Assembly (NCBI RefSeq): GCF_018350175.1
Contig: NC_058368.1
Location: 60,142,001 to 60,206,000, forward strand
Reading direction: 5' to 3'
Length of the DNA stretch: 64,000 nt
Origin: Felis catus
Taxonomy: Eukaryota
The notes beneath the pieces are model-generated. The model ran no database searches. It was given only the letters and a program-made list of their open reading frames with translations, and was not told the origin of the DNA. This document shows positions 26,012-38,200 of the stretch, piece by piece. A program made the translations under genes and the position numbers. The number at the start of each line of letters is the position of its first letter. Positions within the stretch are counted from its first letter, which is position 1.

Positions 26012-26456
26012 AGAAGGGGTTCAGGACAACCCCCTACCACAATGTAGCACTTTGGCATGTGGATTATTTGGAGCTGAAGGCTCAAAAGAAACTTTTGTCC
26101 TCCCTTAACCACAGAGAAGAATCTAAATACTAAGGAATATTAAAAGTGATAAATTTTATCTGAATGACCCGTTTGTGTGGTACGGCAAACATCTAATTAC
26201 CAAATACCTGCTCTTCTTATCACCCTACAAAGTGCATTCCTTTCCTCTGAAGTTCCAGACCTCACCCCCTTCTTCTTGGTTCAGAATGACCAATAAACTT
26301 CATTTTGCCTGTCTTTGGAATTTCCATGTACCTATGGATTCCCCATATGCACACCTATCAAATTTTATTTTCTCCTGTTAATCTGTCTTATGTCAATTTG
26401 ATTCTTAGTCCAGCTAGAAGGAACTTTGAGGGGACAGGAATTCTGGATCCTTGACA
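26012..26456 (+). mobile_element. ERV1-class solo LTR (MER34/MER39-like)
   Basis: Starts (A)GAAGGGGTTCAGGAC...CACTTTGGCATGTGGATTATTTGGAGCTGAAGGC, has AATAAA and cctgttaatctgtcttatgtcaattt, ends ...TGACA; 4-bp TSD ATTC at 26008-26011 and 26457-26460. Confidence 0.85.
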
Positions 26457-26685
26457 ATTCTCATTGATTCTTCACCACTACCACTTTATACCAACAGCTC
26501 CTCAAACTCCAATTTAAATTACTAAATTAACTGTACATTTTTGTCAATTAAATAATGGGAAGGCATATATAAAGGAAAAAGAAAACAAATGTTTTCCTTT
26601 GATAAGGAATCTTAGAGACTACATTTGAGATTTTGTTTCAACTGAACTCTGTGAACCTGTTGACAGGTTAAAATCCTCTTTAGGC

Positions 26686-27210
26686 ATCAGAGGGAGGAAA
26701 GTAATTTTCCCTCTACTGTTGTAGGTTCGTGGTTGAGACCTCATATAACAAAAGATAGATTAACAAGAGAAAAGCAAAGAGAAGTGTGTCAACAGGTATG
26801 TGTATGCCCCAGTACACACAGGAGATACCCAGGAAAACTAAGCAATTTCCCAAATCTGCCCAACCCATCACCTTAAATACCATCTCTAGGTAAAGACAAA
26901 AGGTTCTGGGTTCAGTGGAAAGCCAAGTTTTCAGAAAAAGCACAGTAAAAAAAAAAGCATAGGTTGTTATGTACATTTAAGTCATTTTCTTACCCATTGG
27001 AAAGAGTTTCTAGAAATTTAGGCATCCTCCTTTTCTTAGGCCAGAGAGAACTACAAATGGGGATTTCCCCTATAAAGGTAAATGCCCCTTATAAAAGGGT
27101 ACTTCTACTTAACTTTCAGTTTCCCCTGTGTTTGCTATCTCTTAAAAATAACCACTACAGTAATATGCCAAAGAAATATATTTTATGGTGGCAAATTCCA
27201 CTCCCCTTCA
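26686..27210 (-). mobile_element. ERV1-class solo LTR (MER34/MER39-group), antisense
   Basis: Minus strand starts TGAAGGGGAGTGG...CCACCATAAAATATATTTCTTTGGCATATT and ends ...CTTGTTAATCTATCTTTTG...AAAATTACTTTCCTCCC. Left boundary approximate; no clean TSD. Confidence 0.75.
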
Positions 27211-28106
27211 GTACAATATGCTAAAATTCATGTCAACAGGTATATGATTTTATTGTATGTCATCAAGTAATTTAAATCATCAAGTGATTTAAATTGATCA
27301 GCGATATAATTAGATGTATATTCCACAGGATTTTGGGTCCATTTCATATTTTAATATTTAAAGTTTTTATTTCTATTTTAAAACAGTAACAATATATACA
27401 ACCCCTAAATTGGAGAAAAATCACTGAAAGATTATTTTTTGTTTCTTGGTTAAGTTAAGAATGTCAATAATGTTAACTGAATTCATTTTCAATAAATCAA
27501 GGAAAAAGTGTCAAAAAACCCACAACAGACCAATCCACATATTTACATTGACTTTGATAAAGACTATATGTAATAAAAATCTATTGCTTTTGATAAAAGA
27601 GCTAATTATATAAAGGACAATAGAAGCTAAATGTTTGGGCATGCAATTAGCTAAATTCCCAGGCAAGCAAAATGAGAATAGTTCTGTTTATGTTTTTTTT
27701 TTAATGGAAGAAATTTTGGTTTACGAAGAGGCTATTATTACAAATAGACTTCTTAGCAGAGGATTGTTTTTAAGTTTTAAGATGTACTATTTGTATGTAA
27801 ATACATTTGAAGTTTTAATAGCACATAGATCTTAAAAGTATTCACAAGTGAAATATAGTTTCCTTTGTGGCTATCTATCTCCCTCAATATGTCTTTATAA
27901 GTTTTATGAGACAGAGTTTTTCATACTCTGTTATCAAATGAAAATAGACATATATGACAACAGTTTCAAAAAGAACAAATACTTTTAAAAAATCCTTTCC
28001 TATTTCCAAAAGAAACAAGGTAACATGGATATCAACTTATAAAGATGCAGGGAGATTTTGATTCACAAGTTTTTTAATCCTTTTTTCTAGAGCCTGGCAG
28101 GTTTCA

Positions 28107-28317
28107 GGCGCCTGGGTGGCTCAGTCGGTTGAGTGTCCAACTTTGGCTCAGGTCATGATCTCACAGCTTGTAAGTTCCAGCCCCACGTCAGGCTCTGCAC
28201 TGACAGCTTGGAGCCTGGAGCCTGCTTCAGATTCTGTGCCTCCCTCTCTCTCTGCCCCAACCCACTCGCATTCTTGTCTCTGTCTCTCTCAAAAATAAAT
28301 AAACATTAAAAAAAAAT
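28107..28317 (+). mobile_element. CAN-SINE
   Basis: GGCGCCTGGGTGGCTCAGTCGGTTGAG head, (CT)n, AAAAATAAATAAACATT(A)n tail; TSD TAGAGCCTGGCA at 28088-28099 and 28318-28329. Confidence 0.96.
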
Positions 28318-28839
28318 TAGAGCCTGGCAACTTGGTTTATGGTTCATGGACTAGCAGTATGGGTCTCCTCTGAGGGCAGAAGGAATTACAGACCCTAAAG
28401 CCCCACTCCAGACTTACTGAGTCAGCACCTGCAAGCCATGCATATGTATGTTAAGGTTCAGAAGCATCTTTCTGGAGAATTCTAACATACTTAAACCTCT
28501 ACTTCTTGTTCTGTCAATTTTGTTCAGGATCTCAACTCTACCATATTCAAGGATGAGGAGATACTTGATACAAATTTCTCTAACTAACCATTTTACTGTT
28601 TGTTTCTTAGTCAAGGTCAAAAATCATACTCAATGGGTAGTCTTCTATAATTAATCTATGGGTTAATTGAAAAGCCTAACAATGAGAAGGTCTCATTATG
28701 CTCCTGGAGGGATATAGAATAGACTCTGACTGTAAATCAGAGCAAAATAGATTGTTTCTGGGAATTTTACTTACATGAGTCATTAAAATTCACTTTTAGG
28801 CTTAAGCCAGTTTGATTCTTGCTTTCTGTGAATTAAAAC

Positions 28840-28978
28840 TAAGAAGACCATACAATTTATCATTCAAATTGGTACATTGTTTGAGAGTGAAAAGTTTAGA
28901 GCATAGACTCTCTTAGACACCAGGACAACAGACATAAACCAGGATTGTCCTGGGCAGACTGAGACATATGGTCATCTT
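28840..28978. mobile_element. hAT-Blackjack MITE (MER94-like)
   Basis: gaccatacaatttatcattcaaattggtaca...tttgagagtgaaa...caggacaacagacataaaccaggattgtcctgggcagactgagacatatggtca, with GACCATA/TATGGTC inverted ends. Confidence 0.75.
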
Positions 28979-29974
28979 TCATTTAATTGAAAGTCTTAAC
29001 TAAGAAGTATCATTCGTGCTAAATAATTTCGATCATAGACCAGCTGAATGTGTCTCTGTCATTTTAGGTGTTAGTGACAATTATGATCTTTACTATATTT
29101 ATTTACTATGAGCATCAATATAACTATATCATGTGGGACAGAAGTATTTATTTTGAGAATTAAAAATAATGACTTACAGAAGTGAAAATTATATATGTCA
29201 TATTACATGTATGTGTATATATGTACCAGATATTTGGAGAAAAAACTCAAAACTATCTCTATTAATCTCTTCAAAATGTCTAAAGTGATTTCTAAAAAAA
29301 GTAATTTAAATTAAAACTAATCAGACTTCTATATAAAAGAGAGAAAGATCATTTTAACATTGTATACAGTGATAGATTCAAATTAGATTTATTACTAACT
29401 TAAAAAATGTTTCTTTTTTTATTCAGGATCTTAGAGAATGGGATAGTTTGCTGAAGTTAAAAATTTCTCATTAAGTAATTCTAAACGAAGTACCTTTTCT
29501 GCTTTCTGATTTCAACCTATTCTTTGCCTATTATATTTCTATTATATAGTACTATATAAAGACTGGATCTTCAAAAATGCTTTCTGAAAGTCATAATTTT
29601 TAACTTTGTCTGTACTTCATAATTACTTATAGACATTTGTATCCGATGTCAGGACCCCACTCTCATGAATGAACTCTCATTCATTGTCTTTGGGGTACTT
29701 CTTACATGTGAACATTCCACTTATGAATCTAATGGGCCGTCAGATTTCATCCCATCTGTTAAAATATGAAATGCAAAAAATGAACATAACTAAAGCCATA
29801 ACTCTTATCTCTTTTAATCTCCCTCAAAATACCCATGAAAAACAGAAATAAATATAAAGTTATGATAATATCAACAATGAAGAAAGACACAAAAATATGT
29901 AATTTATGGATTCTGGAAGTAATTTTCACCAACTATAATGTCAGTGGAGCCAGAAATGAAAACATTTACACTTG

Positions 29975-30352
29975 ATCTAACAAACAGAACTCAAGTTCAT
30001 AGATACAGAGTACAGATTGGTGGTTGCCAGATATGGAGCAGGGGTGGGCAACATGGGTGCAGGTGGTTAAAAGGTACAAACTTTAGTTATAAAATAAATA
30101 AGTCACAGGAATGTAATGTATATCATGGTGATTATATTAATAATACTGTATTGCATTTTTGGAAGTTGCTAGAAGAATAGATCCTAAGAGTTTCCATCAC
30201 AAGAAAAAAGATTTTTGTGTAACTATTTTTAGTGGCAGATGTTAGCCAGACTTATTGTGTTAATATTTTTGTGTATACACACATATCAAATCATGATTTT
30301 GTACTCTTGAAACTAATATAATGTCACATTTCAATTATAACTCAGTAAAATG
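29975..30352 (+). mobile_element. L1 3' end (L1MA9/carnivore-type), 5'-truncated
   Basis: catagatacagagtacagattggtggttgccag...aggtacaaactttagttataaaataaataagtc...catcacaagaaaaaa...tgaaactaatataatg...caattataactcagtaaaa. Confidence 0.85.
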
Positions 30353-30799
30353 AAACAAGCTTATTAAAAAGAAATCCATGTATATCACCAAGCCACAGTT
30401 TTTTCATTGATAAATTAGGAGTTGGATTTCCTCATTTTAGGTTTATTTCTTCCTCTGCCCCTACTTTTGTAAATTATTTAATTTTAAATAGCCTGCTAAC
30501 TGTCAAAAACAAAAGAAATATCCAGCATGAGTTTTTCAACTTTTAACACTTTTTTTGTCTTTCTGAAAAATCCTACCCATTGCTATCTTTGAAATAAAGG
30601 TGTGTATGCTGACATTTCCAAATTATTGGCCTGAATTCAAGCTTAAAATCATGACACTTCATATTTTTTAACTCTTTAATTTATACTGTAGTTACATGTT
30701 TCACAAGTACTTCAAATTAAGATGTCAAAAATGAAAGTCAATATCTTATTAACCCAACCCTTCTTTCTTCTAAATTGCCTTTCTGGTCAATTAATTGGG

Positions 30800-31190
30800 T
30801 TTTATTCATTTATTAAGCTAGCCAATCATTAATTTAAGATATATAAAATATTAAGCATTTCTAAGTATCAGGTGCTGTTAGAATCCAAAAAATATGGTAT
30901 AATAAAATAGATACTTTCACCACCTCCATGAAATATATATTGTACTAGAGTAGAAAGACATTAAACTATTCACACAAGTAAATGTAAAATTGCAATGCTG
31001 TTTACTGCCATGAAGTACAGGTACTTGAATTTATGTTCATGTATAATAAAGGAGACTTGACCTAGTCTTGAGCAGGTAAAGAAAAGCTTCTCTGATAAAT
31101 TATTTTCACAAGGTAGAGTGTATCTTGGTGGGAAGAAGAATAGTGCAGACAAAGAAAACCGCAGGCAAATATACTGTGGTGGCTAAAAGA
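30800..31190 (-). mobile_element. L2 3' fragment
   Basis: attcatttattaagc...tattaagcatttctaagtatcaggtgctgtta...gacttgacctagtc...gaaaagcttctctga. Confidence 0.55.
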
Positions 31191-31240
31191 TGACAATAAT
31201 TTAAAAATCTTTGGTGGTAGGCAGAATTTAAATATGGCTG

Positions 31241-31580
31241 TGTATTAATTTGCTGGGACTGCTGTAAGAAACTTCCACAACTCAGGTGGCTTAAACAGCA
31301 GAAATGAGTTTTCTCACAGTTGCATACACTAGAAGTCTAAAATCTACGTGTTGGCAGGGCTACAAAAGGATTTGTTCCAGGCTTCTTTCCTTGACTTATA
31401 GGTGGCCATTGTCATGTTTACGTGTTTTTCTCCTTATATGTATCCCTGTATCCAAATGTTCCCCATTTAAAAGAACTTTGTTCATATTGGATTTGGGGTC
31501 CATCCTCCTTTTGCTACAGCTACCATTTAATTTGGTAATATATAAGCCCACTCTAATCTTTACAGAAAAAATTTTTACTA
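31241..31580 (-). mobile_element. MaLR LTR (MLT1B/C-like)
   Basis: TGTATTAATTTGCTGGGACTGCTGTAAGAAACTTCCACAACTCAGGTGGCTTAAACAGCAGAAAT...CTCACAGTT...AGAAGTCTAAAATC is a classic antisense MLT1 3' end. Confidence 0.8.
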
Positions 31581-31593
31581 CAACCCTTTTTTA

Positions 31594-31682
31594 TCTTTCC
31601 TCTTCTCCTTCCTCCTCCTCCTCCCCCTCCTCCTCCTCCCCTTCTTCTTCTTCTTCTTCTTCTTCTTCTTCTTCTTCTTCCC
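31594..31682. repeat. Pure polypyrimidine tract with (TCC)n and (CTT)13
   Basis: 89 consecutive pyrimidines read directly; CTT x13 at 31641-31679. Confidence 0.95.
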
Positions 31683-32526
31683 ACAAGTTTATTGAACCAG
31701 AATTGATTCTCAGGTGTACCTTGATATGTTATGTTTATAAGTCTGTAAACACACCATTGTCTCTTCCTAGAATGTAGTTTCTTACTCTAGCACCGAATAA
31801 CATTGCCCATCAATCTTTCAGAATTTAATTGCTACATATTTTCTGTGACGTCTTTATTGCTTTCTCTTACAGCCCAAAATAACCCTATTATTGTCCATTT
31901 CTGACTACACAATGGGGCCCCTCTCTTCTAGTCTTCATCTTATGGTATTACTAAGTGTTGTCAGTCATTCTTCATTACACATCTGTGTTCCCCACCTGAC
32001 TGCTGTGTCTTTAAAGTCAGGACTTTGTATTATTTAAATGTATATAGCTCCCCTGGCCCTATATTAGGAAATAAGCAATAGGAATAAACTGAAAGCAAGC
32101 ATTTCAAAAATAAATCTCATAATTACTGCATATTCAGAATTAAAAGTTAAATGATGTTGTACGCAACCTGGGCATTTTTCTTAAGATAAATGAGACATGC
32201 TTGATGATTGATATTACACAAATCCCACCAATCTGTTCTGTTGTAAAAGGAGACAGAGAAATTCTCTCACTCATCAGAAAACAAAACAAAGCAAAATTGG
32301 GTCTAGGAAACAACATATTCATTAGTTTTTAGTAATTGCTTCCAAATCTTTTCTATATACTTTTCCTAACCACCTTCCATATGCCTGTGATTTTCTTTGG
32401 CACATCTCCAGCTTTCATATTCGTTTTTAATTTTTTCATATTATTTTTATAAAAATATATACGTATGAAAGACAGTCTTTCTCAAAACTTGTCCATTGCT
32501 CATTCTTTTAAAAATACTTTTGGGTA

Positions 32527-32742
32527 GGGGCGCCTGGGTGGCGCAGTCGGTTAAGCGTCCGACTTCAGCCAGGTCACGATCTCGCGGTCCGTGAGTTCCA
32601 GCCCCGCGTCAGGCTCTGGGCTGATGGCTCAGAGCCTGGAGCCTCTTTCCGATTCTGTGTCTCCCTCTCTCTCTGCCCCTCCCCCGTTCATGCTCTGTCT
32701 CTCTCTGTCCCAAAAATAAATAAACGATGAAAAAAAAATTAA
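32527..32742 (+). mobile_element. CAN-SINE, young felid subtype
   Basis: GGGGCGCCTGGGTGGCGCAGTCGGTTAAGCGTCCGACTTCAGCCAGGTCACGATCTCGCGG; perfect 17-bp TSD AAAAATACTTTTGGGTA at 32510-32526 and 32743-32759. Confidence 0.98.
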
Positions 32743-32945
32743 AAAAATACTTTTGGGTAAAATATTTTAGAGTACCATATTCAATGTAGCACACAAACTG
32801 AATTAAGCATTATATCATAATGATCATAATTGACTTATCATGATTATTTCCATGTTGGTCTTAATAATTACCATCTTTGTGGCATACCATGCACTCCATT
32901 TAATACAAAAATATCTAAAAATAACTTTAAGATATTTTCTGATTT

Positions 32946-33150
32946 TATTTTTTTAATGTTTATTCATTTTTGAGAGATAGAGCACTGGGAGTGGGGGTAG
33001 GGAACAGAGAGAGAGGGAGGCACAGAATCCGAACCAGCCTCCAGGCTCTGAGCTGTCAGCACAGCTGATGTGGGGCTTGAACTCACGAAATGCAAGATCC
33101 TACCTGAGCTGAAGTCGGACACTTGACCAACTGAGCCGCCCAGGTGCCCC
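32946..33150 (-). mobile_element. CAN-SINE, diverged
   Basis: Minus-strand head GGGGCACCTGGGCGGCTCAGTTGGTCAAGTGTCCGACTTCAGCTCAGG; poly(T) and TTTATT at left. Confidence 0.94.
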
Positions 33151-33989
33151 TCTAATTTTCTTTGAATTGTGAAAAGAAACTCTTGAGCAAAACGTTATGC
33201 AGTTTATAACTGTAGGAGTAAATGAATCTTAAAAGTGAATCTAACTTATGGGAAGATGTTTTTATATCTGTTTTAAGACAATTGTACATAGTTTACGTTC
33301 TGATTTTTACTGTATTATATTTAGGTTTAAAACGTCTGGCTTCAATGGCATCTATGATTTAACAATTAAAATGTATTTTTACATTTATAAGTTTATATTA
33401 TCTGTCTATGATTATTATGGTGATGATACACTTCGTAAATTGGAATAAGTAAGCAAAACTGTTCAATCTTCATTCTGCCATTCTTTTATCACTAGGTCCA
33501 TGTAAAAATTATGATTATTTCTGTTCTGTTTCCATCTTGAGATTTTCTGATGTCTTTGTCTTGCTCAAGCTCAGCTGCCTGCAATCTGACTGTCATTTAC
33601 CAGCCTGGTCATTTGGCTAATGATGTTTCACAGGCATTTCCATTGGTGTCACATAGTCTGAGGTTGTAGGCTACAGCTTCTGCCAGCCATTCCTGCAGGT
33701 CATGTCCTGCTGTTATCCAACCTTTGCAAATACTCAGGCTTGTAGAATCACACAGGAACAAACAATGCTGACAGACTGGCAGTGTCCCAAGTCCTTGTTG
33801 GTAAAAAGCCTGTCTTGCCATTTGGTCTCTCTCTTAGGGCTGACAGGAGTTCCAAAAAATTCTGCATTTTTTGGCCCTCAATCCATTATCTTCCTTCATG
33901 GAAACCTTCCTTGAAAAGTGTTTCCTTAAACAATAGTGGTAGACAATTGTGTGTCAGATGAACATGCAAACATAACTTTAAGAGGAATT

Positions 33990-34820
33990 GTTTTTAACTT
34001 TTTATTTGATTCATTTCAATCTTCACAAAAATTCAAAGTATATAAAGATATCCCACATACTCCTCAAAGACATTGACCAAATGTTAATATCTTGACACAT
34101 TTGCACCGTATTCTGTGTGTGTGTGCACATGTGTTTAATAGATAGACATCCTATATGGAAGTAAGCATTCAGCTACTCAGCTTCCCAAAGTCTGAGGCTA
34201 AAACTGTATACCCTATGTATATATAAAAACTATATGCACACTCAGAGACACACACACTCTCATATAGCAAAAAATATACTTATGTTTATATATTTATATG
34301 TAAATATACACACACATAATTTTTTGTGAATCATTTAAGAATATGAATCACAAAACATACATTTTAGTCCAAATACTTCAGTGTGTTTTTTTAAGAACAA
34401 AAATATTCGCATAAGCACAATGCAATTATTAAATTTAGCAAAGTTAAAATATATTCAATGCTATTTATATAATTAAATACTGTTATTCAATTCTGTAGAT
34501 TGTCCAGTGATGTTTTTCCAAACACTTGCCCTCTCAACCCCAAATCAGTTCAAGAGTACACAACATATTTAGTATTTGTCTCCCTTTAGTCTCCTTCAAT
34601 CTGGAATGGTTCTTTTACATTTTTTTAATGATATGATCAATTTGTGAATAGTGTAGAGGACAGCCCAATTGTTTTTTTATTTCATAGACTATCACTAAAC
34701 TTTGTAGTTGTTTTTTGTTTGTTCGTTTTTCTAGATGCCTTCTCAAAATTAGGTTCATTTGCTTTTTTTTTTTTTTTTTTTGGTAAAGGGTTTTGTGTTT
34801 AACTGGCATATACCAGTTTA
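33990..34820 (-). mobile_element. Old L1 3'UTR (L1MC4/5-like)
   Basis: aactttttatttg...aaatgttaatatcttgacacatttgc...aaatacttcagtgtgttttttt aagaacaa...ttagtctccttcaatctggaa. Boundaries approximate. Confidence 0.65.
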
Positions 34821-34844
34821 AGGATGTTTAAAATATTCCCTTTA

Positions 34845-35053
34845 GGGGTGCCTGGGTGGCTCAGTTAAATCCTTTACTCTTGATTTTGGTTCAGGCCGTG
34901 ATACCATTGTCATGAGATTGAGCCGCATGTTGGGCTCTGTGCCAAACATGGATCCTGCTTGGGATCCTCCTTCTCCCTCTCTCTCTGCCCCTCCCCTACT
35001 CGTGCTCACTCTCTTTCTCTCTCTCTCTCAAAATAAATAAATAAATATTTTAA
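34845..35053 (+). mobile_element. CAN-SINE, older subfamily
   Basis: GGGGTGCCTGGGTGGCTCAG...ACTCTTGATTTTGG head, (CT)n, (AAAT)n tail; TSD AAAATATTCCCT(T/C)TA at 34830-34844 and 35054-35068. Confidence 0.93.
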
Positions 35054-35104
35054 AAAATATTCCCTCTAGAAAGTTTAACTAAATAACCTCATTATCCACT
35101 AAAT

Positions 35105-35615
35105 CTTTTGGATTATACCCAGAAGTGATTGCTGGCTCTATTTTTATTTTATTTTTTTGAGGAGTCACCATGTTGTTTTCCATAGTGGCTGCAGTATTAT
35201 ATATCCCCACCAAGATCATACAAGTGTTCTAATTTCTCTGTACTCTCAGTAACACTTGTTATTTTAAACAAATAATAACCATTCTGACAATTGTAAAGTG
35301 GTATCTCATTGTGGTTTTGATTTTCATTTCTTTAGCATTAAGCACCTTTTAATGCACCTGTTGGCCATTTGTATGTCTTTGTAGAAATGTATATTCAAGT
35401 CCTTTGTCTATTTTGTAATCAGGTTATTTGTTATCTGGTTTTTTTTGTTTTGTTTTTGTTTCTGTTTTTGTTTGTTTTTTGCTATTGAGTTATATGAGTT
35501 CCTTATATATTTTGGTTACTAACCTAATATCAGATGTACAGTTTGCAAATACTTTCTCTTGTTTGGTATGTTGCCTTTGTATTCTGTTGATTGTTTCCTT
35601 TGCTGTGCAAAAGGT
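35105..35615 (-). mobile_element. L1 ORF2 3' fragment (L1MA-like)
   Basis: ttttggattatacccagaagtg...ttttccatagtggctg...gtatctcattgtggttttgatt...ctgttgattgtttcctttgctgtgcaaaag. Confidence 0.85.
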
Positions 35616-35619
35616 TTGT

Positions 35620-37760
35620 TACCATTGGAGAATTGAGTATTGACAGCAAGTAGCAATTTAGATTATCACCCTTTGGTCACATGAATTTAAATGCCTATTG
35701 AAAAACTAGTTTTGGCAGATTGAGTAGCTAGCCTGTCAGATGCTTATGGAGGTCATATAGGATGGGAGGATGTCAGAGATGGGTTTGAATGTTTTAACTG
35801 TACTAGGGATATTTTAAAAATAAATGACAAACAAGAGGTTTTAATTCTTGCCTAAAGGCATGGTCAGGAAGACAGGGAATTTCTATGAACACTTTAAAAA
35901 GCTCTAATTTCATAAATTAGTAACACTTATACATTAAGTCTGTCTGTATTTACTGAGTTGTATTTGTAGCACACCAAATTCACTAATTGAAATATAAGGC
36001 ATTCATTTTTTCTTTGGGGAATTGTGGGATTCTGAAAAGTATAATTGTAATATTTGAAATTATTCTGTTGACTCTACCTATATTTAGACTCCAAAACCTC
36101 ATTAAGCCTTCTAGACCATTGGATTAGTTCGATCTTCACCTGTCTGATGAAATTGTCCCTGCCTGGCCTGAAGAGCCTATAATGATATTGTCAGAAGTAG
36201 TTTCCCTGCAAAAGGACAGCAATTCTCTTTATACTTCAGGCCTGTCACCTTCATTGCCTCCAGACGTATAATTACCCTCAGATCTTTACCTGTTTCTGGA
36301 GTCATTTGCAAAGCAGAGGGTTTATACAGTAATAATAATAATAAACAATAAATAATAATTGCAAAATGGTGCTAATATGTTTTGGTTAAGCCTTGGGGAT
36401 TACATGTGGAGAATATTTCTTAGGACATTAAAACCAGTGATGGAAGCATATAATTTTACTTCATTTTGAATTTATCAGTATGGTTAAACTTGTCAGATAT
36501 TGTGAATCCAAGTAAAACTTGAGTACTTGAGTTGACTGGATTTTTTCTTTAACTCAATAAAACCTTTACTTAAAGATCATATATACTGAATGATGTTGCA
36601 ATATCCAAAATCTATGATGCCAAGAAGAAAGAACCTAAAAACCAATAAAGTCAACATCAACTCAGGGGCCCATAACCATGTTATCTGATAGGGCCATTAG
36701 AAAATTTCCTTCACCACAAAACTGAGAAACACACACTAGGGGCTCTCATTTGGGAAGAGGAAATAAAGAAAACCAAACACTAGATGTAAGTTTTTGTCTA
36801 TGTTGCATTTTTAAGATAAAAAGTAAATTAAAAATCTTAATACGCTGGTAATTTCACTGATATGCTTACTAAATATAATCTAATAAATGTACAAAATGAA
36901 GTATTTATATAAATCAAGGATGAGAGTATGTGAAGAACCAATGATTATGATTCATTCAGAGAAGAAAGGAAATAAATATATTGATAAGACAAGCAAAACC
37001 ATCATGAAAAAGTACAGAATGAGATGTTCTGTATGGTCTCAAAATAAATGTGGATGGCTGTGTGATTAAAATGAAATTTCTGGTAACAATGGGACAATAG
37101 GCTCTCAGGGAAATTTAAGCCCAAAAGTTGCATTTAACCACCAGTTGCAAGATGTACATTGTTATTATAATAGACAGAAGGTAGATACTTATAGTCAGGA
37201 TATTTTCACAAAGGAATCATCAGATGTTACTAAATAATTATGGGAAATTTCAGTTTGAAGAACTTTGACAGTGTATTAAAGCACTAGCTCTTTGTGTAAT
37301 TAAAAACAAATTGTATTTATGGGAAGACCTGAATTGAGTCACCATGATCAAAAGTGATGTCCCCTCAGTCAATTCCCATGCCTAAGTTAAAACAGAGATT
37401 TAAAGTCAAGTAATCAAAGAAGAAGGGTAATCTTTGAAAGGACCCTTACCATCACAAGAACATTACTATTTTCATAATCATTCCTTAAAAGGCCTGATAC
37501 CATTTATTTGATAAATATGCCATTGAAGAAAGAGAATTGTTCATGATATTGAAATAAGAGGACTTTGACTTTGAGATAATTTTAGTCACTACTGTCCAAA
37601 CAAATGTGATCCCATGTTCAGTATAAGGATTTACAGAAATCACAAGTAAATGGATTTGGGTGAAAAACTATCTTTATAAATCCAATGATTTCATTTAGTG
37701 TGTGTTTTCTTAGATCCAAAATGTTAGCTTGAATAGACATACTTAGAACCTGGTTGGCAA
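35620..37760 (+). mobile_element. Decayed ERVL internal region (gag to protease), no intact ORF
   Basis: Motifs in the order recalled for ERVL: ctgtctgatgaaattgtccctgcctggcctgaagag...tgcctccagacgtataatta; ggggattacatgtggagaat; gatgtcccctcagtcaattccc; ttgaatagacatacttag. Confidence 0.65.
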
Positions 37761-38048
37761 AGATACAAGGTACTCAAGTTTTCTTGGTTTACAAACATAC
37801 TCTCAATTCCTACTGTTGAAGCAGCTCAACTCCTCTTGATATTCAGATCAGTTACTTCAGTCTGTACAATAATATCTTTATTTTTCTGCTCCTTTTCTGT
37901 TCAAAGGAGTCCCAGATGGCCCAATGGAGGTCCCTATGTCAGGTTCAATGTCTACTTCAGACTCCAGGATCCCTTTATTTTAGCATACCACAGTGTTCTT
38001 GATATGGGAAGGAACAAAAATGCCAGGTACCACATTAGGTGTTAGATT

Positions 38049-38200
38049 TAGGGTGATCATATATCCTGGTTTGCCTGAGACCATCCATCCTTCTTCATGT
38101 AGATTGTCCCAGAAAACCATCCAATTTAGCATTTGTGCTGGGTTTTTCATTTTTTAAAAAAAGCATCATTACTATTTATATTCAAATATTTATAAATGAG
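38049..38200. mobile_element. hAT-Blackjack-type terminal fragment
   Basis: TAGGGTGATCATATATCCTGGTTTGCCTGAGAC resembles the Blackjack-family TIR; only one end recognised. Confidence 0.5.

Noticed and set aside
32527..32610. tRNA-like A-box/B-box sequences as tRNA genes
   Set aside because: They are the tRNA-derived heads of SINEs, followed by (CT)n, an A-rich tail and TSDs.
10759..37760. The two ERVL internal pieces as one provirus split by about 24 kb
   Set aside because: They appear to cover the same early gag segment and differ in divergence, favouring independent insertions; needs consensus coordinates to confirm.
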